This document shows positions 20,246 through 24,000 of a DNA stretch of 24,000 nucleotides, piece after piece. The notes under the pieces are model-generated. The model was not told the DNA's origin. It searched no databases and saw only the letters and a program-made list of their open reading frames with translations. How positions within the stretch are numbered: position 1 is the first letter of the stretch; every line of letters begins with the position of its first letter. Position numbers and translations under genes: made by a program. This DNA is from Cenarchaeum sp. (GTDB taxonomy: Archaea > Thermoproteota > Nitrososphaeria > Nitrososphaerales > Nitrosopumilaceae): assembly GCA_965212015.1 (NCBI GenBank), contig OZ243037.1:346257-370256 (forward strand), written 5' to 3'.

Positions 20246-20288
20246 AGGCAACCAAAGATTAAAATGATTAAAAGCGGATGTATTTCAT

Positions 20289-20498
20289 ATGAACCTGCAG
20301 GCAGTAATCTGGAAAGAAGAAGACATGTACATCATCAAGGAAACCCATACCGGAGTTACAACCCAGGGCAGCACCATAGAAATGGCAACAGAGAACATAA
20401 AAGAAGCAGTCCGCCTCTACCTTGAGGAGGTACCGGATGCAAAAAATGTCATCAAGGATATGGATGTGATCGGTACAATAAATGTCAAAATTTCCTAG
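20289..20498 (+). CDS. hicB: HicB-family antitoxin (UPF0150-like)
   Basis: MNLQAVIWKEEDMYIIKETHTGVTTQGSTIEMATENIKEAVRLYLEE matches the HicB N-terminal domain pattern (..tqG.T.eEa.eniKEAi.lyLe). TATA TTAAAAT at 20259-20265 is 27 nt upstream. Confidence 0.75.
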   Translation: MNLQAVIWKEEDMYIIKETHTGVTTQGSTIEMATENIKEAVRLYLEEVPDAKNVIKDMDVIGTINVKIS

Positions 20499-20695
20499 AA
20501 TTTCAGGAGCTGAAATGATACGCGTGCTTGTAAAGGAGTTTGGATTTAAAGCGGTGCGTCAAATTGCACAAGTTTGCAGAAGATAAAAAAACAGCCACTG
20601 TTGTGCCACTATATCGGGAGATCAAAGCCGGGACTGCTCTTGGTATTTTAGCACTTTGATCCATTAAAAAAGAGGAATTTCTCAGCAAACTATAG
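20482..20695 (+). pseudogene. hicA: hicA toxin pseudogene (frame break removing the GSH motif, plus an in-frame TGA)
   Basis: Frame 1 reads MSKFPRISGAEMIRVLVKEFGFKAVRQ and then stops. The +1 frame continues VKLHKFAEDKKTATVVPLYREIKAGTALGILAL-TGA(20657-20659)-SIKKEEFLSKL. Together these match HicA (l..LekdGF..vrq.GSH.kl.....r.t.vP.H.elk.GtL..Ilkqagi..eeF..l), but the catalytic GSH segment is missing. Confidence 0.7.
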
Positions 20696-20884
20696 ATGCG
20701 CAAAAAAATTCGCAAGTGACAAAATCCGATTTGGCCGTCGGGAATTCTATCCAAAAGGCCGTCCGAGTCATACGAATTGCGCCCATAAGGGAACGATGTT
20801 TCTGCGTGCACTTGCCCGAGAAAAGCCGGAGACCCGCCGTCTTTGAGGAGCTCGTACCGATGGACAAGTCCGATAAACTCCGGA

Positions 20885-21040
20885 TCGTGCCATCCGCAAA
20901 CAAACGGCAAGATTGGACGGTTCTTTAGTATTGGGGAGATTTGCCACTATGACGGCGTTACGGCATGCATGGGGTATTATAACGAGGAGACTGCATTTCT
21001 TGCCGGACACGGAGGCCAGGCCCCGATGAGGGCGTTTTAC
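20885..21040 (+). pseudogene. Remnant of a DDE integrase-core (rve) transposase, C-terminal fragment only
   Basis: ..SCHPQTNGKIGRFFSIGEICHYDGVTACMGYYNEETAFLAGHGGQAPMRAFY carries the HPQTNGK(I/V)ERF...YN...RPH..L.G..P signature of the IS481/IS3-type rve domain in degenerate form. No intact upstream catalytic region was found; possible further debris lies at about 20700-20880 in other frames. Confidence 0.6.
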
Positions 21041-21101
21041 CATATGGGCGGCAGATGTGATCAGAGAACAGGGCCCAAATGGACGGGGTAGAGTCAAATG
21101 A

Positions 21102-22571
21102 GTGGCCGATATGATTTCCGTACACCACACATTACAGTCCCGCCTCATAGGGTTAAATAGCCTTTTGAGGAACTTTTTGCCGTTGGCACAAGTTTTTCAC
21201 GAGATTGAAAAAAAAATCATCGGTGCGCTGCGGGAAAAAAACGGCCAGGGCCTGCAGGAATTGGAATCAACAACCGGCCTCCTGCCGGATCAGCTGAGGC
21301 GGGGAATGGAATGGCTGAGGCTAAAGAACCTGGCATCTGTGAAAGAATCCCGGCAGACGCACATATCGCTTGGAAAAAACGGCCTTTATGCCCTGTTAAA
21401 CGGCCTGCCAGAGCGCCAGCTGCTTGATCTGCTCGCAGACGGCCCAAGACCGGTACTAGAGCTGCAAGAAAAGCTAAAACACCTTTTCGGGCCGGCGATG
21501 GGAATCGCAAAAAGGAACAACTGGATTTCCGGCAAGGAGACCGTATCGCGGACTGGTGTGAATCCCGCGCTGCCCGAGGAGGCACTCATCAGACAAATAG
21601 GCCGCATCAGGATTCCAAAATCAGAGCTGGGCGACCAGGACACGCTTGCGCTGCTTGGAAAAAGGCCGGATTTTGTAGTCGAAGAGACGGCAAAGTCAGT
21701 CACAGTCAGCCTGTTGGACCCGGCACTCAAAGTCGGCGCCGGTGCGTCCGATTCTGCAATCGACGTGGAGGCCGACGTGCCTGCGGCATACATTGCAAGG
21801 ACCAACCCGCTGAGCGACACAATCAGGGAGATACGCGAAATCTTTGTCACGCTCGGGTTCTCAGAGATAGCAGGAAATCTTTCCCAGTCCAGCTTTTGGA
21901 ACTTTGATGCGCTCTTTACGCCGCAGGACCACCCGGCGCGCGAGATGCACGACACGTTTTACCTCGACGGCATACGCTCAGAGCGGTTTGCCACGGCGCA
22001 GCAGATGCGCCAGGTGTCTCAGTCCCACAGGAAAAACTGGGGGCAGGACTGGAGTGCCGCGCAGGCAAGGCGGACTGTTCTGCGGACCCACACCACGTGC
22101 GTCACGATAAGGCATCTTGCGCAAAACAGGCCAGACGAGGCCAGGGTCTTTTCGCTGGGACGCGTGTTCAGGAACGAAAAGGCAAGCTACAAGCACCTAG
22201 TCGAGTTCAACCAGGTCGAGGGAATAGTCACCGGCGCAGACGCCACGCTGCGCGAACTGATGGGAATCCAGCTAGAGTTCTATCGCAGAATCGGCCTCGA
22301 GAGGGTAAAGTTCTGGCCCACGTTTTTTCCGTACACCGAGCCGTCGCTGCAGACCATGGTGTACAACCAGAGGCTCAAAAAGTGGGTGGAGCTCTTTGGG
22401 ATGGGGATATTCCGGCCGGAGGTCACAAGACCGCTGGGAATAAGCAGGCCCGTCCTGGCATGGGGCGGCGGCATTGAGAGAATCGCCATGATAAAGTACG
22501 GCATTGACGACGTAAGGGAGTTTTACAATAACGATCTCAAGTGGATGAGGGGTGCGGCAAAATGCCAGTAG
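21102..22571 (+). CDS. pheS: Phenylalanine--tRNA ligase alpha subunit
   Basis: FWNFDALFTPQDHPAREMHDTFYL, GRVFRNEKASYKHLVEFNQVEG (class II motif 2) and AWGGGIERIAMIKYG (motif 3) are present. TATA TTAAATAG (21153-21160) lies inside the 5' end of the track ORF, so the real start may be the in-frame TTG 21183 (LAQVFHEIEKKIIGAL, ~462 aa). Confidence 0.93.
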   Translation: MADMISVHHTLQSRLIGLNSLLRNFLPLAQVFHEIEKKIIGALREKNGQGLQELESTTGLLPDQLRRGMEWLRLKNLASVKESRQTHISLGKNGLYALLNGLPERQLLDLLADGPRPVLELQEKLKHLFGPAMGIAKRNNWISGKETVSRTGVNPALPEEALIRQIGRIRIPKSELGDQDTLALLGKRPDFVVEETAKSVTVSLLDPALKVGAGASDSAIDVEADVPAAYIARTNPLSDTIREIREIFVTLGFSEIAGNLSQSSFWNFDALFTPQDHPAREMHDTFYLDGIRSERFATAQQMRQVSQSHRKNWGQDWSAAQARRTVLRTHTTCVTIRHLAQNRPDEARVFSLGRVFRNEKASYKHLVEFNQVEGIVTGADATLRELMGIQLEFYRRIGLERVKFWPTFFPYTEPSLQTMVYNQRLKKWVELFGMGIFRPEVTRPLGISRPVLAWGGGIERIAMIKYGIDDVREFYNNDLKWMRGAAKCQ

Positions 22572-24000
22572 TGGAGCTGGACTATGCCAGGCTGTGCCGG
22601 CTTGCCGGCACGAGATCCCGCAAAAAAATCGCCGACGCGCTTCCCTACCTGGGACTCGACATCGAAGGCGTGATCAAAGGCGGGGTAAAAGTCGAGTACA
22701 GCCCCAACCGTCCGGACTATTCCACAGACTATGGGATTGCCAACGGGCTGCAGGGTATTATGGGGCTCAAAAGGGGCATGATCCGGCAGCGCCTCAAAAA
22801 TTCAGGATACTCGCTCAGGGCAGATCCCGCCGTGTCGCCCATACGGCCCTTTGTGAGTGCCGTCGCCGCAAGAAACGGAGTCATTGACAGTCACGCGCTA
22901 GGACAGTTAATCGCAATGCAGGAGGATTTGCATTCCGGCATAGGACGGGGGCGCAAAAAATCATCGATGGGAATCCACGACATGGACAAAATCTCGTTTC
23001 CCGTAAGGTATACCGTTGCAGACAAAAGCCACAGGTTTGTTCCGCTTGGCTCAGAAACCGAACAGCCGGTGGGCGAGATTCTTGCAGGCTCCAAGGTCGG
23101 AAGGGAATACGGCCACATACTTGGCGATTCCGGCCTGGTTCCACTGATCGTGGACTCGGACGGCAGCACGGTGTCGCTTCCGCCAATAATCAACGCCGCA
23201 TCCACCAGGGTCACCACCAATACCACGAACCTCCTAGTGGAGGTCACCGGAACCGGCAGGGACGACGTCGAAGACGCCCTGTCCGTGACTGCTATGATTC
23301 TGCAAAGCGCCGGCTTTGAGATGCATGCGGTAAACATATCGGGGGCGAAAAACTCGACTCCGCAGCTAAAGCCCAGAAGGGTTGCAATCGGCGCGGATCT
23401 GGTGCGCGACACGCTGGGCCTTGATCTGTCCGCCGGCCAGATAGCGACGGCCCTCAGAAAATGCAGGCTGGATGCGTCAGTAAGCGGCAAAAGCGTACGG
23501 TGTATGGTGCCGCGGTACCGCTTTGACATATTTGGATCCATGGACCTAGTCGAGGAAGTCGCGCTGGGATACGGCATACAGAACATTTTGCCCGCACGGC
23601 TGCTGCCGCAGGCACCGGGCCGGAGACACCGCCCCTCCGTACTGCTAGACGGGATTGCGTCGGTAATGACCAAGCTCGGATACATGGAGGCGCTCAACTC
23701 CGGCCTGACTAGCAGGCGCCTCCTGTACGAGAGCACCATGCGGGATCCCGCAAAAAACATCACAGTTGCAGATTCCAAGAGCTCAGAGCACACGGTCCTG
23801 CGGGACTCGCTTCTGCCCGGCCTGCTTGGGAACCTGGCAAAAAACATACACGAGCAGTACCCGCAAAAGCTCTTTGAGACCGGGACCGTCTTTGGCAGGG
23901 CCCGCAGCATCACAGAAGAGACACGCCTTTGCGCGGCAAGCTCCCACGGCGGCGCAAGCTATAGCGAGGCAAAATCGGTCCTGCAGGCACTGGCGGGATC
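22562..24000 (+). CDS. pheT: Phenylalanine--tRNA ligase beta subunit (archaeal type), 5' 479 codons; continues past the right window edge
   Basis: Not in the track because there is no stop in the window. My translation is MPVVELDYARLCRLAG...EYSPNRPDYSTDYGIANGL...IAMQEDLHSGIGRGRKKSSMGIHDMDKI...PPIINAASTRVT...RYRFDIFGSMDLVEEVALGYG...VADSKSSEHTVLRDSLLPGLL. The ATG at 22562 overlaps the pheS stop by 10 nt. Confidence 0.9.
   Translation, partial: MPVVELDYARLCRLAGTRSRKKIADALPYLGLDIEGVIKGGVKVEYSPNRPDYSTDYGIANGLQGIMGLKRGMIRQRLKNSGYSLRADPAVSPIRPFVSAVAARNGVIDSHALGQLIAMQEDLHSGIGRGRKKSSMGIHDMDKISFPVRYTVADKSHRFVPLGSETEQPVGEILAGSKVGREYGHILGDSGLVPLIVDSDGSTVSLPPIINAASTRVTTNTTNLLVEVTGTGRDDVEDALSVTAMILQSAGFEMHAVNISGAKNSTPQLKPRRVAIGADLVRDTLGLDLSAGQIATALRKCRLDASVSGKSVRCMVPRYRFDIFGSMDLVEEVALGYGIQNILPARLLPQAPGRRHRPSVLLDGIASVMTKLGYMEALNSGLTSRRLLYESTMRDPAKNITVADSKSSEHTVLRDSLLPGLLGNLAKNIHEQYPQKLFETGTVFGRARSITEETRLCAASSHGGASYSEAKSVLQALAG

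Noticed and set aside
20503-21148. Minus-strand ORFs 20503..20910, 20682..20903 and 20768..21148
   Set aside because: They run antisense through the hicA and rve remnants and have no motifs. The + strand carries recognisable, though degenerate, HicA and integrase signatures.
22891-23913. 340-aa minus-strand ORF
   Set aside because: It is antisense to pheT, whose + strand translation has clear PheRS-beta motifs. The composition (Ser/Arg/Pro/Cys-rich) is typical of a shadow ORF.
1-24000. CRISPR arrays, rRNA genes, and intact transposases or integrases
   Set aside because: I looked for regularly spaced direct repeats of 25-40 nt and for rRNA-like conserved blocks, and found none. The only mobile-element signature is the degenerate rve stub at about 20885-21040.

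Overview
This is an archaeal chromosomal window from an ammonia-oxidising thaumarchaeon (Nitrososphaerota, Nitrosopumilales type). The high GC of the housekeeping genes together with the AmoA/B/C sequences fits a Cenarchaeum-like lineage; that is inference from memory, not a search. The centrepiece is the ammonia monooxygenase locus: amoB (-), amoC (+), amoX (+) and amoA (+). It sits next to two small membrane-protein genes and a membrane-anchored extracytoplasmic protein gene. The AMO genes are clearly lower in GC than their surroundings and are separated by GC-rich spacers with no convincing ORFs and many TGCC/GGCA motifs. Housekeeping genes are purK (partial), ilvA, a VOC/glyoxalase, a thioredoxin-like protein, archaeal PPAT, trpS, pheS and pheT (partial). 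Other content:
- four tRNAs (Thr, Leu with two introns, Ile with one intron, Ala)
- an orphan Dam-type methyltransferase
- a Zn-ribbon ORF plus a class III nucleotidyl cyclase in the same frame, separated by one TGA
- two stand-alone RAM-domain genes
- a wHTH regulator with a B12-binding-like domain
- a decayed accessory islet (hicB, hicA pseudogene, rve integrase remnant)
- a hairpin-forming repeat of about 60 nt in three copies with covarying stem positions
- several sub-60-aa ORFs missing from the ORF track

Most genes have a TATA box about 25-29 nt upstream of the start codon, which suggests leaderless transcripts and shortens several track ORFs. No CRISPR array or rRNA was seen.
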